A stretch of 64,000 nt of DNA from Myxococcota bacterium (GTDB lineage Bacteria; Myxococcota; JACRCW01): contig JBFMGU010000001.1 in assembly GCA_040752415.1 (NCBI GenBank), positions 44,757 to 108,756 on the forward strand, read 5' to 3'. The position numbers were made by a program, and so were the translations under genes. The notes below the pieces were generated by a model that saw only the letters and a program-made list of their open reading frames with translations, was not told where the DNA came from and ran no database searches. Shown here in pieces: positions 49,440-59,040 of the stretch. Position 1 is the stretch's first letter; each line of letters begins with the position of its first letter.

Positions 49440-49781
49440 TCAGGAGAACGTCTTCCACACGTCGGGAACGTGGCCCACCGCCGCTTGTTGCCCGCTGCGG
49501 ACGATGGGCGTGCGCAACAGGAGCGGGTCATCCAGCAGGAGCTTCTCCAGCCCCGCGGGACTGAAGGCGCTGTACTTGAGCCCCTTGTCCACGTAGCGCT
49601 TGCCTTCCTTGTCCAGCAGGTTCTCCAGCCCGCCCACGCGCGCCGCCACGCTGCGCAGCTCCCCCGGGCTCATGGCCTTCTCGGCCAGGTCAATGAACTG
49701 GAAGCGCACGCCCCGCTCCTTGAAGAAACGCTCCGCCTTGCGCGTGTCCTGGCACTTCTTCGTCCCGAAAATCTGGATCAT
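49440..49781 (-). CDS. ArsC/Spx/YffB family protein
   Basis: IFGTKKCQDTRKA and LLLRTPIVR motifs. Confidence 0.9.
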   Translation of the reverse strand: MIQIFGTKKCQDTRKAERFFKERGVRFQFIDLAEKAMSPGELRSVAARVGGLENLLDKEGKRYVDKGLKYSAFSPAGLEKLLLDDPLLLRTPIVRSGQQAAVGHVPDVWKTFS

Positions 49782-49790
49782 GGCGCAGCC

Positions 49791-51368
49791 TCACCACGGC
49801 GCGGGTTTGTAGTCCTTGAAGAACTGGCCCCACGCGTGCTGCCCGGTGTTGAGGCCGTGGAAGAACGGGTCGCAGATGCGCGCGGCACCATCCACGATGT
49901 CCAGCGGCGGCTGGAAGCCCAGCTCCGCCTTGCGCGCGGCGTGCACCGCGGGATCCTCGTCGGTGACCCAGCCGGTATCCACGCTGTTCATGTGGATGCC
50001 GTCCTTCACGTAGTCGGGCGCGGAGGTGCGCGTCATCATGTTCAGCGCCGCCTTGGCCATGTTGGTGTGCGGGTGCCGGTCGGTCTTGGCCGCGCGGTAG
50101 AACTGGCCCTCCATGGCGCTCACGTTCACCACGTGCTTGTCGCGCCCCGGCGTGCGCAGCATCAACGGCTTGAGCTTGCTGTTGAGGACAAACGGCGCCA
50201 CCGCGTTCACCAGGTGCACCTCCAGCAGCTCCGGCGTGCTCACCTCCGAGAGCGTCAGCCGCCAGCTGTTGACCTCCCGCAGGTCCACCTGCTGCAGGTC
50301 CTCGTCGTAGCGGTGGCGCGGGAAGAGCTCCCGCCCGGGGATGAAGTCCTCATCCAGGAAGCGCACCTGGCTCAGCATGGCGGAGCCCCACACGCCCACG
50401 CCCGGCGCGCCCGCCGTCACCGGCATGAGCTGGCGTGCCACCTCCGTCGTCGGGGCGGCGGCCTGTGAGCGGAGCGTGCGCTTGAGCTCCTCGTGACTGT
50501 CCAGCAGACGGCGTTGCTCGCCGGGGAGCGCACCGGGCGCCAGCGACTCCCGTTCCAGCAGGTGCGCGTAGAACGCGGGCGGACGACGCACGGTCTGGCA
50601 CGCGTTGTTGATGATGATGTCCAGCCGGGGCAGCGTCTGGCACAGGTGACGCGCCAGCAGCTCCACGGCGGGAGAGTGGCGCAGGTCCAGGCCGTGGATG
50701 TGCAGGCGCCCCTGCCACGACGGGAAATCCGGCTCCCGGGAGAAACGCTCCGCGGCGTCCTGCGGGAAGCGCGTGGTGGCCACCACGGTGGCGCCGGCGC
50801 GCAGCACCATCAGCGCGGCCTGGTAGCCGATCTTCACGCGCGCACCGGTGATGAGTGCCACGCGTCCGGTGAGGTCGGCGGTCTGGGAGCGCTTGGCGTA
50901 GTTGAAGTCGCCGCATTCCGCGCACATGGCGTCGTAGAAGAAGTGCACCTTCCGGAAGGGCTGCTTGCACACGTAGCAGTGGCGCTCCTGTCCCAGCTCA
51001 GGCCCGGCGCGCTGCTCCGGCGCCTCCTCCGGCGGGGTGAGCCACAGCGGCGTGTACACCGGGGCCTTGCGCTGCACGCGCAGCCCGCTCTGGCTGAGCG
51101 CCGCCAGGTCCGCATCCCGCTGCGCCTTGCGGTCCGCGCGACGCAGCGCCTTGGTGAGCCGCACCACCTCGTGACGCTCCGGCCGCGCCACCCGCCCGGC
51201 CAGCATCACCAGCTCCTTGCGCTCCTCCGCCGGGACGCCGGCCAGGTGCGCGCGGTCGGCCACCACCGCGGAGAGCACGCGCAGGCAGGTCCGCCACTCC
51301 TCGGGCGTGATCGATGGCGTGGCGTCGGGCTCGCCGGCGTCGGGCTCGGGGGTGTCTGTCGTCGTCAT
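49791..51368 (-). CDS. Extended SDR oxidoreductase with N-terminal zinc-ribbon
   Basis: CYVCK...CAEC, ALITGARVKIG, LDIIINNA, VNVSAMEG, HPHTNMAK, SVDTGWVT. Confidence 0.88.
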   Translation of the reverse strand: MTTTDTPEPDAGEPDATPSITPEEWRTCLRVLSAVVADRAHLAGVPAEERKELVMLAGRVARPERHEVVRLTKALRRADRKAQRDADLAALSQSGLRVQRKAPVYTPLWLTPPEEAPEQRAGPELGQERHCYVCKQPFRKVHFFYDAMCAECGDFNYAKRSQTADLTGRVALITGARVKIGYQAALMVLRAGATVVATTRFPQDAAERFSREPDFPSWQGRLHIHGLDLRHSPAVELLARHLCQTLPRLDIIINNACQTVRRPPAFYAHLLERESLAPGALPGEQRRLLDSHEELKRTLRSQAAAPTTEVARQLMPVTAGAPGVGVWGSAMLSQVRFLDEDFIPGRELFPRHRYDEDLQQVDLREVNSWRLTLSEVSTPELLEVHLVNAVAPFVLNSKLKPLMLRTPGRDKHVVNVSAMEGQFYRAAKTDRHPHTNMAKAALNMMTRTSAPDYVKDGIHMNSVDTGWVTDEDPAVHAARKAELGFQPPLDIVDGAARICDPFFHGLNTGQHAWGQFFKDYKPAPW

Positions 51369-51677
51369 GCCGGGCGCGGCTTAGCACCGGGCCGGGCGGC
51401 GCGCACGCGCACGCTCCAGTGGCGTGGGCTGGGACACGGCGCAGGAGTGCCCACCTCCGGCGACCCCGTTAGAACCGGGGGGTCTGGGTTTCCCGCGCGT
51501 TCACGCTTGCCGGGCGCGGGTGACGGGGGTGGGGGATGCACGGCTGGGAAGGGGCGTGGGTGCAGCATCACGACGTGACCCGACGGGGCCGCGAGCAGGT
51601 GGAGGTTCCGCCCTCCCGCACGCGGAAGCCGCGCGGGGCCAGGGCTGCGGGCGGGCTTCCATCCCGGCCGCGCGCGA

Positions 51678-52148
51678 ATGGGACCGGCATTGAACGCATC
51701 TGACGTCATGGGCCCGGTGGAGGGCCAGCTCACCTATGAGAAGGCGCCGCTCCCCGCGGAACGGGTTGACGCCTCCGACGTCCCCATCCTGGTGGTGGAG
51801 GATGACCCCGACATCCGCGAGACGTTGCGCAGCGTGCTGGAGCTGGAAGGTCACCGCGTGCTGTGCGCGTGTCAGGGGCTGGAGGGATTGCACCTGCTGC
51901 GCAAGCTGGGGCCGCGCTGCGTGGTCATCCTGGACCTCATGATGCCGGTGATGAGCGGGGAGGATTTCCTGCGCGCGGTCTGCGACGACGAGCAGCTGGC
52001 GGGGGTGCCGGTGGTGGTGCTCACCGCGTACACGCTGCATCCGCCCACGCTGAGGGGGGCCTCGGCCGTGCTGCAGAAGCCCATTGAGCTGGGGTCGCTG
52101 CTGGAGCTGCTGGACCAGCTGGCCGCGGACCTGGGGCCGGCGCACTGA
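51678..52148 (+). CDS. Stand-alone response regulator receiver
   Basis: ILVVEDD, ILDLMMP, VLTA, QKP. Start may be 51708. Confidence 0.9.
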   Translation: MGPALNASDVMGPVEGQLTYEKAPLPAERVDASDVPILVVEDDPDIRETLRSVLELEGHRVLCACQGLEGLHLLRKLGPRCVVILDLMMPVMSGEDFLRAVCDDEQLAGVPVVVLTAYTLHPPTLRGASAVLQKPIELGSLLELLDQLAADLGPAH

Positions 52149-52159
52149 CGGAAAGCCGG

Positions 52160-52564
52160 TCAGACGTCCGTGCGGGCCAACGCCACGGCGGGGGCGCCCA
52201 GCGCGCGGCGGAGCTCCATCACCACCTCCCGGACGTGGCCGCTCTTCTGGATGGCCACGCAGCGCGGGTGCACCGCCGCGTAGGACTGGAGCGAGCCGAG
52301 GTCCACCGCGGAGTACAGGACGACCGGGATGTTGCGTGCCACGGGGTCCTTGGCCAGCAGCTCCAGCACGCCCTGGCCGGAGAGGCCGGGGAGTCCGTGG
52401 TCCAGGACCAGGGCGTCGGGGACGCGTTCCCCGGTGCGGCCCGCCATGCGGTTCACCAACCCGAAGGCCGAGCCCCGCGCTTCCACGACGTAACCCTGGG
52501 CCTCAAGCGCCCGCGTCAGGAGGTGTCGGTTGGCTTCGTCGTCTTCCACCACCAGGATGAGCAT
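52160..52564 (-). CDS. Stand-alone response regulator receiver
   Basis: ILVVEDD, PDALVLDHGLP, LYSA, IQK. Confidence 0.88.
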   Translation of the reverse strand: MLILVVEDDEANRHLLTRALEAQGYVVEARGSAFGLVNRMAGRTGERVPDALVLDHGLPGLSGQGVLELLAKDPVARNIPVVLYSAVDLGSLQSYAAVHPRCVAIQKSGHVREVVMELRRALGAPAVALARTDV

Positions 52565-52908
52565 GCGTCACACGGTGGCGCGGGCCTCCCCCCCAGGATT
52601 CGCGCGGTGAACAGTCGTTTCGTGTTGCTTAGCATATTGCACGACGGGCGCCATCGCCGGTGCGGCGAACCTCCCGCGTGGCCAACCCCCGGCAACACGG
52701 CGCAGGCTCACGGAGAAACCGCAAGCGTTCCCCGTGGTTGGGTCCGGCCAATCCCACGGCGCGGTCGGGTTGCCCCAGGAACCCCTGAGTGCGGGCAGTG
52801 TCGAGGGGTCCGTCGTCCGTCGGAGGTTGGGGCCCGGAGCAGGCGGGGATGCGGCCTGGTCCGTGGTGGCGTGCCCTGGCCGGCGGAATCCGCGCCTGGC
52901 TGGAGGCG

Positions 52909-53436
52909 TCACTGCGTGCGCTTGATCTCGAAGGTGCCGTTGGTGACCTGGATTTCTCCCGCCGACTCCTGCGAGGCCACGCCGGAGAACGTGCCGATGA
53001 TGGTGTCGCCGACGTTGGCGGCGGCCTGCGTGACGGTGATGGTGCACGCGCCGTTGGGACCCTCACTGTCAAAGTAGACGGGCGTGGAGCCCTGGGGCCG
53101 GTTGATGGTCAGCGACGTGACGGACTGCGGCGCCCCGCAGGTGTGCGTGCCCACGCTGTTGGGCAACGTCAGGATGTAGGTGACCTCCGGGTTCAGCGTG
53201 GCGGTGGCCGCCGTGATCTGGAGGTGGCCCTGCTGCGCGGCGCGTCCGCCCGCCAGCTCCGTGGCGCGCTTGTTGGTGCCGTCGAGGTCCGCGGCAATGA
53301 ACCCGTTGGCGCCGCTCCCGCCGCCGGAGGAGCTGGTGGTGGTGCCGGCGTTTCCCGACGCCATGGGCCCGCAGGCCCAGGCCGTCGCGAGCAGGGAGAG
53401 GGATGCCACGCGCAAGGTGGTGTTGGTGAGGCTCAT
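52909..53436 (-). CDS. Hypothetical beta-rich lipoprotein
   Basis: AGGAG Shine-Dalgarno, lipobox AWAC, Ser/Gly linker, CTITVT...GTFSG...VTNGTF. Confidence 0.75.
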   Translation of the reverse strand: MSLTNTTLRVASLSLLATAWACGPMASGNAGTTTSSSGGGSGANGFIAADLDGTNKRATELAGGRAAQQGHLQITAATATLNPEVTYILTLPNSVGTHTCGAPQSVTSLTINRPQGSTPVYFDSEGPNGACTITVTQAAANVGDTIIGTFSGVASQESAGEIQVTNGTFEIKRTQ

Positions 53437-53584
53437 GGGTGACGTGTGCTCCTGGTGGGATGCGGTTGATGGCCCCGCGGCGAGCATAGGGCGCGGAGTC
53501 GGCCCCTCGTCCACCGACGAGGAACGCGGGCGGGTCACGCGGTGGTGTTGGTGCGGAGCACGGGCTGCCTGGCGTGCGGGAAGA

Positions 53585-53986
53585 TCAGCGGCGCAGCGCG
53601 CGGATGGCCAGGAACGCGGCCAGGCCGCCCAGGAGCAGCGTGCCGGGACGTCGGGGCAGGTCACGGATCATGCCCTCCGCCACGTCGACACGGTCCGCGA
53701 ACATCAAGGTCATCCAGTGGCTGGGGCGGTGGTCGGGGATCCGGTACGCGCCACGGCGCAGCATGCCGCTCAATCCCCGCGGCGTGACGGCGGTACCAAA
53801 GACGGGCGTCAGCGTTCCCAGGTCCGCGCGTCGGGTGACGTTGGGCCGTGGCGTCTGCCTGGGCGGTGGCTCCCCGTGGATGCCCGGGGCCCGCTGCGGT
53901 TGGGACTCCCGCGGCACGCCGGGACGACCCTCCGGCGGCAGGTCCATGGCGCGGAACGGGATGTCACGTCGGGTGATGCCAGCCAT
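53585..53986 (-). CDS. Conserved hypothetical membrane-anchored protein accompanying the Zn-dehydrogenase
   Basis: RPGVPRE, PVFGTA..PRGLSG.LRR.AY, HW..L..ADRVD, C-terminal TM. Starts 2 bp after the dehydrogenase stop. Confidence 0.75.
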   Translation of the reverse strand: MAGITRRDIPFRAMDLPPEGRPGVPRESQPQRAPGIHGEPPPRQTPRPNVTRRADLGTLTPVFGTAVTPRGLSGMLRRGAYRIPDHRPSHWMTLMFADRVDVAEGMIRDLPRRPGTLLLGGLAAFLAIRALRR

Positions 53987-53988
53987 GG

Positions 53989-55131
53989 TCAGGCCTCCGG
54001 GTACAAGACGCACTTCATCATCCCGTCCTGCCTGTGGGCGAACATGTGGTAGCCCTCGTCGACGGCGCTGAGTGGGAAGCGGTGCGTGATGAGGGGATGC
54101 GGGTCCAGGCGCCCGGCGCGCACGTGCTCCAGCATCTGCGGCATGTCGCGGCGCACGTGGGCCTGGGCCATCCGCAGCGTGAGCCCCTTGCTCATGGCGG
54201 TGCCAATGGGGACCAGGTTCCACGGCGGACCATAGACGCCAATCAGCACCACCGTGCCCGCCTTGCGCACGCTGTTGATGCACCACTCGATGACGGTGGG
54301 CGCGCCGGCCTCCAGCTTCAGGGCGCCCAGCACCTTGTGCATCACGCTCCCGCTGGCCTCCAGGCCCACGGCGTCAAGGCACACGTCGGGACCGCGCCCC
54401 TCGGTCATGCGACGCAGCGCCAGCACCACGTCGTCCGTCTCCCGGAAGTCCAACGTCTCCGCGTGGGCGTAGCGCGACACGAAGTCCAGCCGGTAGTCCA
54501 CCTTGTCCACGCAGATGACGCGTCCCGCGCCCAGCAGCCACGCACTGCGCGCCGCAATGACGCCCACCGGGCCGCAGCCAAACACCACCACCGTGTCGCC
54601 GTCCCTGATGTTGCCCATCTCCGCGGCCTGGTAGCCGGTGGGGATGATGTCGCTGAGGAAGAGGACGTCCTCCTCACCCATGTCGTCGGGGATCTTGAAC
54701 GGGCCGGCGTCGGCGAACGGCACCCGCACGTACTGCGCCTGTCCGCCGTCGTAGCCGCCGGTGGTGTGGGAGTAGCCGTAGACGCCGCCCACCACGGAGG
54801 AGTTGGGGTTGGTGCTGTCGCAGCAGGCGTAGAGCTCACGCTGGCAGAAGAAGCAGCTGCCGCAGAACACGTTGAATGGCACCACCACGCGGTCACCGCG
54901 CTTCACGTTGCGCACCGTGGGGCCCACCTCCTCGACGACGCCGGTGAACTCGTGGCCAAACGTGCTGCCCACGCGCGTGTCGGGAACCAGCCCGTGATAC
55001 AGGTGCAGGTCGGAGCCGCAGATGGTGGCGCGCGTGACGCGCAGGATGGCGTCATTGGGGTGCTCAATCTCGGGGTCGGGTTTCCGCTCCACCCGGACGC
55101 GCGACGGTCCGCGGTAGCTCATGGCCATCAT
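53989..55131 (-). CDS. Zinc-dependent alcohol/formaldehyde dehydrogenase (MDR, FDH-like)
   Basis: ICGSDLHLY, GHEFTG, CGSCFFC...C, GGQAQYVRVP, LSDIIPTG, VFGCGPVG. Confidence 0.95.
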   Translation of the reverse strand: MMAMSYRGPSRVRVERKPDPEIEHPNDAILRVTRATICGSDLHLYHGLVPDTRVGSTFGHEFTGVVEEVGPTVRNVKRGDRVVVPFNVFCGSCFFCQRELYACCDSTNPNSSVVGGVYGYSHTTGGYDGGQAQYVRVPFADAGPFKIPDDMGEEDVLFLSDIIPTGYQAAEMGNIRDGDTVVVFGCGPVGVIAARSAWLLGAGRVICVDKVDYRLDFVSRYAHAETLDFRETDDVVLALRRMTEGRGPDVCLDAVGLEASGSVMHKVLGALKLEAGAPTVIEWCINSVRKAGTVVLIGVYGPPWNLVPIGTAMSKGLTLRMAQAHVRRDMPQMLEHVRAGRLDPHPLITHRFPLSAVDEGYHMFAHRQDGMMKCVLYPEA

Positions 55132-55644
55132 CCTTGCCTCCGCCCTCAGGGGAGGTGGTCGCTGCGCCACCTGTGCGGGTGCCGTGGCGTGTCTCCCCTG
55201 CCGCACGCCACGACGAGGACGTTGTCACGCCAGGGGTTCCTTGACGCTGAGCTAACCGCGCCAGGAAGAACCGGCAATCGACGTCGACACCATGAGCTTC
55301 CCGACGGAGGCACAGCCCGGACGCGTCGTCCTTCCGCGCATGATGCACGTGATGCGGATCAACGGAACGTCGGTGATCAGCGGCAGCCGAGGCTGCACCT
55401 GGAACTGCACCAGGGCCCGCCCCCGCGGTCCATCTTCACGACGTCATCGTCGGCGGCGCTCCACCTCGGCGGGATGGGGACGTGTTTGTGGAATGTGGGT
55501 GTGACGACGGGGACCGCGGCCTGACGCAGCTTGTCCCGAACCAGGAGGGTCTCGGGTGACGTCGTGAGCAGCTTCCTGGCGTCCCTGGACGTGGGAGTGG
55601 CGGCGTGACAGCGCGGTGAATGGCGTGCCACGCTGCGCGCCGTC

Positions 55645-56820
55645 ATGAAGATTTCCCCACGGCCACCGGTCACGCGCGCGTCGGAAACCTCCAGCCGGGC
55701 CAATCCCGCTGCCACGACGAGAGACCGCGCGCCGGAGGCCGAGGCGTCGTTCCAGCGCGGAGGGATGGGCGCGGGGCGGGCGCCGGGCCCGCAAGGGAAG
55801 CACCGGCTGGAGGACAGCCCGCTGGGAGCGGTGATGCAGGCACGTGGCGTGGGCGGGCAGGGCGCGGAACGGGTGTACGCGTCGGTGGACCTGGGCAGCT
55901 CCAGCGTGAAGATGCTGGTCCTGGCGCAGTCCGCCGAGGGACGCATGCGTGTGGTGGATGACGTGCGCATCGGCGCCAACCTGGGAAAGGACCTGGGCGC
56001 CGACGGGACCTTGCCACCGGCCAACCAGCAGCGCGTGGTGGATGCGTTGGAGGTGTTGCTGCGGAAGGCGGCCGAGCACGGCGTGGCGCCCGACGAGATC
56101 CCGCTCATTGCCACCGCGGCGGTGCGCAACGCACCCAACGGGAACACGTTGATGGAGCGCCTCCGCACCGAGCTGGGCCTGACGCGCGCGCGTGTGCTCA
56201 CCGGCGAGGAGGAAGCGCAGACGGGCTACCTGGCGGCGCTCTCGGGCATTGACCGCGCGGGGACGGACCGCTTCGTGACGTTGGACCTTGGCGGCGGGAG
56301 CTTCCAGCTGGCCATTGGCAACGCGCAGCGGATGGAGCAGGGCGGGTCCACGCAGCTGGGCAGCAACCGGGTGCAGTCGGAGCTGCTGCCCGCCGGGGTG
56401 ATCCGCGCGGAGGACTACGCGGCCGCCGACGCGCGCCTCACGGACCTGGCGCCCCTGCCGCTGCCGCCGGAGGCGTTGCGTGGCCGCACGTTGGCCGCGG
56501 TGGGCGGCGTCTCGCTGTTCCTCAAGACGCACTTCGGCTCCAACCACATCTCCGCGCAGCAGATTGACGCGCTCCGACGGGAGATTGGCGCCCTGGACCC
56601 GCCGGCGCGCGCGCAGCACCTCTTGAAGGACCGCTCCCCCGACGAGCGTCGCGCGCTGGGCGCGGAAACCCCCGAGGGCGCGGTGGACGTGGCCACCAAG
56701 CTCCCCGCCAAGCTCACCCTCCTGCTCCACATCATGCGCGCCGCGGACCTGCCCGTGCTCCACGTCAGCGACGCCGACGCGCGCCACCTGCTCATCCAGC
56801 GTCGGGCCGGCGAGGGGTGA
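55645..56820 (+). CDS. Ppx/GppA family phosphatase (ASKHA fold) with low-complexity N-terminal extension
   Basis: VDLGSSSVK, IATAAVRNA.N, VLTGEEEA, DLGGGSFQ. Confidence 0.85.
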   Translation: MKISPRPPVTRASETSSRANPAATTRDRAPEAEASFQRGGMGAGRAPGPQGKHRLEDSPLGAVMQARGVGGQGAERVYASVDLGSSSVKMLVLAQSAEGRMRVVDDVRIGANLGKDLGADGTLPPANQQRVVDALEVLLRKAAEHGVAPDEIPLIATAAVRNAPNGNTLMERLRTELGLTRARVLTGEEEAQTGYLAALSGIDRAGTDRFVTLDLGGGSFQLAIGNAQRMEQGGSTQLGSNRVQSELLPAGVIRAEDYAAADARLTDLAPLPLPPEALRGRTLAAVGGVSLFLKTHFGSNHISAQQIDALRREIGALDPPARAQHLLKDRSPDERRALGAETPEGAVDVATKLPAKLTLLLHIMRAADLPVLHVSDADARHLLIQRRAGEG

Positions 56821-56888
56821 GCAGGCACCGTCCCGACGAGACGGAGTCCCGGTTGGTCAGGGCGCACGCGCGTTGATATCTCCGCGAC

Positions 56889-58019
56889 GTGATCGAGGCC
56901 ATTGGTGAGATTGTGCGGAATGCCCGGGAGGCGCTGCGGCTGAGCGTGGATGAGCTTGCCGCGGCCGCCAGGGGTCCTGCGGCACGGATTGCCGCGCTGG
57001 AGAACGGAACTCCCGGAATCAGCACGTCCGAGCTCGACCGCGTGGCTGACCAACTCGAATTGGACCCCGCCGCCCTGCTCTCGGGCGAGCGCATCCCACG
57101 CCCGCGTCCCGCCGTGTTCTTGCGTCACACCGGCCGCCAGGACTTCCACGCGGAGGACCACACCCGCCTCGACCAGGCACTGGAAGGCGGTCGAGCCTTG
57201 CGCGCATTGGGCGCGTTGCTGGGTGCTCCCGCGCCTCCCCGCTTCTCGAGGGGGCAGAAGAAGGGAGCGGATGCCGCGCGCTCGGGATACCAGAAGGCGG
57301 CTCGCGCCAGGTCGGATGGTGGGCTCGGCCAGAGCAATGCCGTGGGTGACCTGCGCCAGGTTGCGGAGGACCGGTATGGCGTGGCGGTCTCCATTCTGCC
57401 GTTGAGCACGCCCAATGCCACCGCCGTCTCGGTGTGCGACGCGGACGGCGCCGCGGCGATTGTCTTGAACGCCAGGGACTCGCAGCGTCGCAGCAACCCG
57501 TTGCTCTCCCGCGTCCTGCTCGCCCACGAGCTGTGTCACGTGCTCTTTGACAACGTCCGGCCCGGCCAGCTCAACGTCGTGCTCGACACCACGGATGAGC
57601 AGGTTGCCCGGGTTGCGCGTGGGGAGCAGCGCGCGCGGGCGTTCGCCGCGGCGTTCCTCATGCCGGAACGTGGCCTGGAGGACCTCCTGGGCAAGCCGCA
57701 GGAAGAGAGTCGCGTGGGACGTGCCCGGGACCTGGTTTCACGTGCCCGCACCCACTTCCGGACGCCGTGGGAGGTGGCGGTCTATCACCTCTGCAACCGG
57801 GGATACCTCCACCGTGACGTGCAGGCGTCGCTGCTCGGTGGCGGGTACCCGCAGGGGCCGGGAGATGACACCTCATTGCCCGAGGTCGGGCAGCCCAGCA
57901 TCCTGCTGGTTGCGCGCGTCCGCGAGGCACTGGCTCAGGCCCGCATCACGGAGGGTGAAGCCAAAGCGCTTCTCCGCGTCCACGCCTTGGATGCGCTTCC
58001 GTGGGCGCCCACTCCATGA
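56889..58019 (+). CDS. XRE-HTH / ImmA-IrrE (COG2856, Peptidase_M78) metallopeptidase
   Basis: N-terminal HTH (IVRNAREALRLSVDELAA...IAALENG), RVLLAHELCHVL (HExxH), EQRARAFAAAFLMP. Confidence 0.9.
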   Translation: MIEAIGEIVRNAREALRLSVDELAAAARGPAARIAALENGTPGISTSELDRVADQLELDPAALLSGERIPRPRPAVFLRHTGRQDFHAEDHTRLDQALEGGRALRALGALLGAPAPPRFSRGQKKGADAARSGYQKAARARSDGGLGQSNAVGDLRQVAEDRYGVAVSILPLSTPNATAVSVCDADGAAAIVLNARDSQRRSNPLLSRVLLAHELCHVLFDNVRPGQLNVVLDTTDEQVARVARGEQRARAFAAAFLMPERGLEDLLGKPQEESRVGRARDLVSRARTHFRTPWEVAVYHLCNRGYLHRDVQASLLGGGYPQGPGDDTSLPEVGQPSILLVARVREALAQARITEGEAKALLRVHALDALPWAPTP

Positions 58020-58555
58020 CCTATCCGCTGGATGCCAATGTCATCCACCGTTTCCGAGATGCCGGCGCGCTCGACGTGCTTGCCGCCGTGACCTCTCAGC
58101 TGCCCGTGGTGGTGGTGAAGGAGGTGCTTGATGAGCTCACCGCTCCGGGACACCCGGACGCCAACAAGATGGCTCGATGGTTCAACGCCCAGGGGGGCGG
58201 GGGGTGACGGTGGTTTCCTCGGAAGTGGGTAAGTCACGCCGCGGCGGTACTGGCATTCCTCCGTCGACGAAAGCCGCAAACCAGCGGCCGCGACAAGGGT
58301 GAGCACGCCAGCATTGCCCTGGCTGCCACGCGTCCGGAGCTCGTCTTCGTTGCCGGCGACGCGAAGGCCGTTTTCGAAGCGCTGGGTGAGCTGCTCGAGC
58401 CGCAACAGAGGGTCATTCGCACCCATAGGCTGCTGCGGCGGCTGGTGGAGAGCGGACTGTTGAAGCGGGACGTGGCGGGGCGGATTGCGCAGCACGCCTC
58501 CCTTGCCGACCACCATCCCAGCTGGTGGACCGCCTGGCTCGGTGGCCTGGCGTGA
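58016..58555 (+). pseudogene. PIN-domain ribonuclease toxin-like gene with internal TGA (58205-58207)
   Basis: ATG overlaps the peptidase stop (ATGA). LDANVI...VLDEL in the N-half. The same frame continues after the stop with DKGEHASIALA...VFVAGDAKA to TGA 58553-58555, 179 codons in total. Confidence 0.75.
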
Positions 58556-58568
58556 AGCGGTCGTGCGC

Positions 58569-58994
58569 TCATGGTGACGCGGCCAACGCCTTCACCACCT
58601 TGGCCACGTTGGGGTCCAGCGCGTAGCGACGGTTCCCGCGGTGTCTGCCGCGCGCCTGGATCCACGCCGCGACCCGGTGGTTGTGCGCCAGCCGGTTGAT
58701 GCTGGAGTGCTTCCCCATCAGCTTGCGTTGGCTCAATCCCAGCGCCTCCTCCATCTCGTCGGCGGCGTAGGGACGTTCGGCCAGCAGCAGCAGCTCCCTG
58801 CGTTGCACGGCGTCCAGGCGCTTCCAGAAACGCCGCATCCCGTCGGGAATCTCCACCAGTGGCGGCGCCGGCTTCTCCTCCGGCAAAGGGATGGGCGGCG
58901 GCAGCGTCCGTCCAAACAACAGCGCCTCGATGATGGGGACCCGCGCGTCGTCGGCCGCGAGCTCGATGGTGAGACCGTTGTGCAGCAGCTTCAT
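58569..58994 (-). CDS. Small putative winged-helix DNA-binding protein
   Basis: GGAGG before ATG; Pro-rich linker, then FWKRLD...ADEMEEALGLSQRKLMG...RRYALDP helix-turn-helix-wing pattern; basic. Confidence 0.6.
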   Translation of the reverse strand: MKLLHNGLTIELAADDARVPIIEALLFGRTLPPPIPLPEEKPAPPLVEIPDGMRRFWKRLDAVQRRELLLLAERPYAADEMEEALGLSQRKLMGKHSSINRLAHNHRVAAWIQARGRHRGNRRYALDPNVAKVVKALAASP

Positions 58995-59040
58995 TGCCCC
59001 TCCGCCCATGTTTGTCCCAGCCTAGCATGACCTTGACCGG

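Noticed and set aside
51678..52564. Convergent pair of stand-alone receivers as a novel system
   Set aside because: Orphan receiver domains are abundant in myxobacteria, and nothing else links these two.
55132..55644. Small ORF(s) between the dehydrogenase and ppx (e.g. 55292-55504)
   Set aside because: No motif, and no frame shows a convincing codon pattern. It may be a decayed gene but this cannot be supported.
56864..56874. CACGCGCGT upstream of the peptidase, matching the core of the 59041 palindrome
   Set aside because: Short CG-rich match that is likely by chance at this GC content; the outer GAA/TTC arms are absent.
58205..58207. Selenocysteine recoding of the in-frame TGA
   Set aside because: The position is not a Cys-equivalent catalytic site, there is no convincing SECIS, and the shifted frame gives a more plausible sequence.
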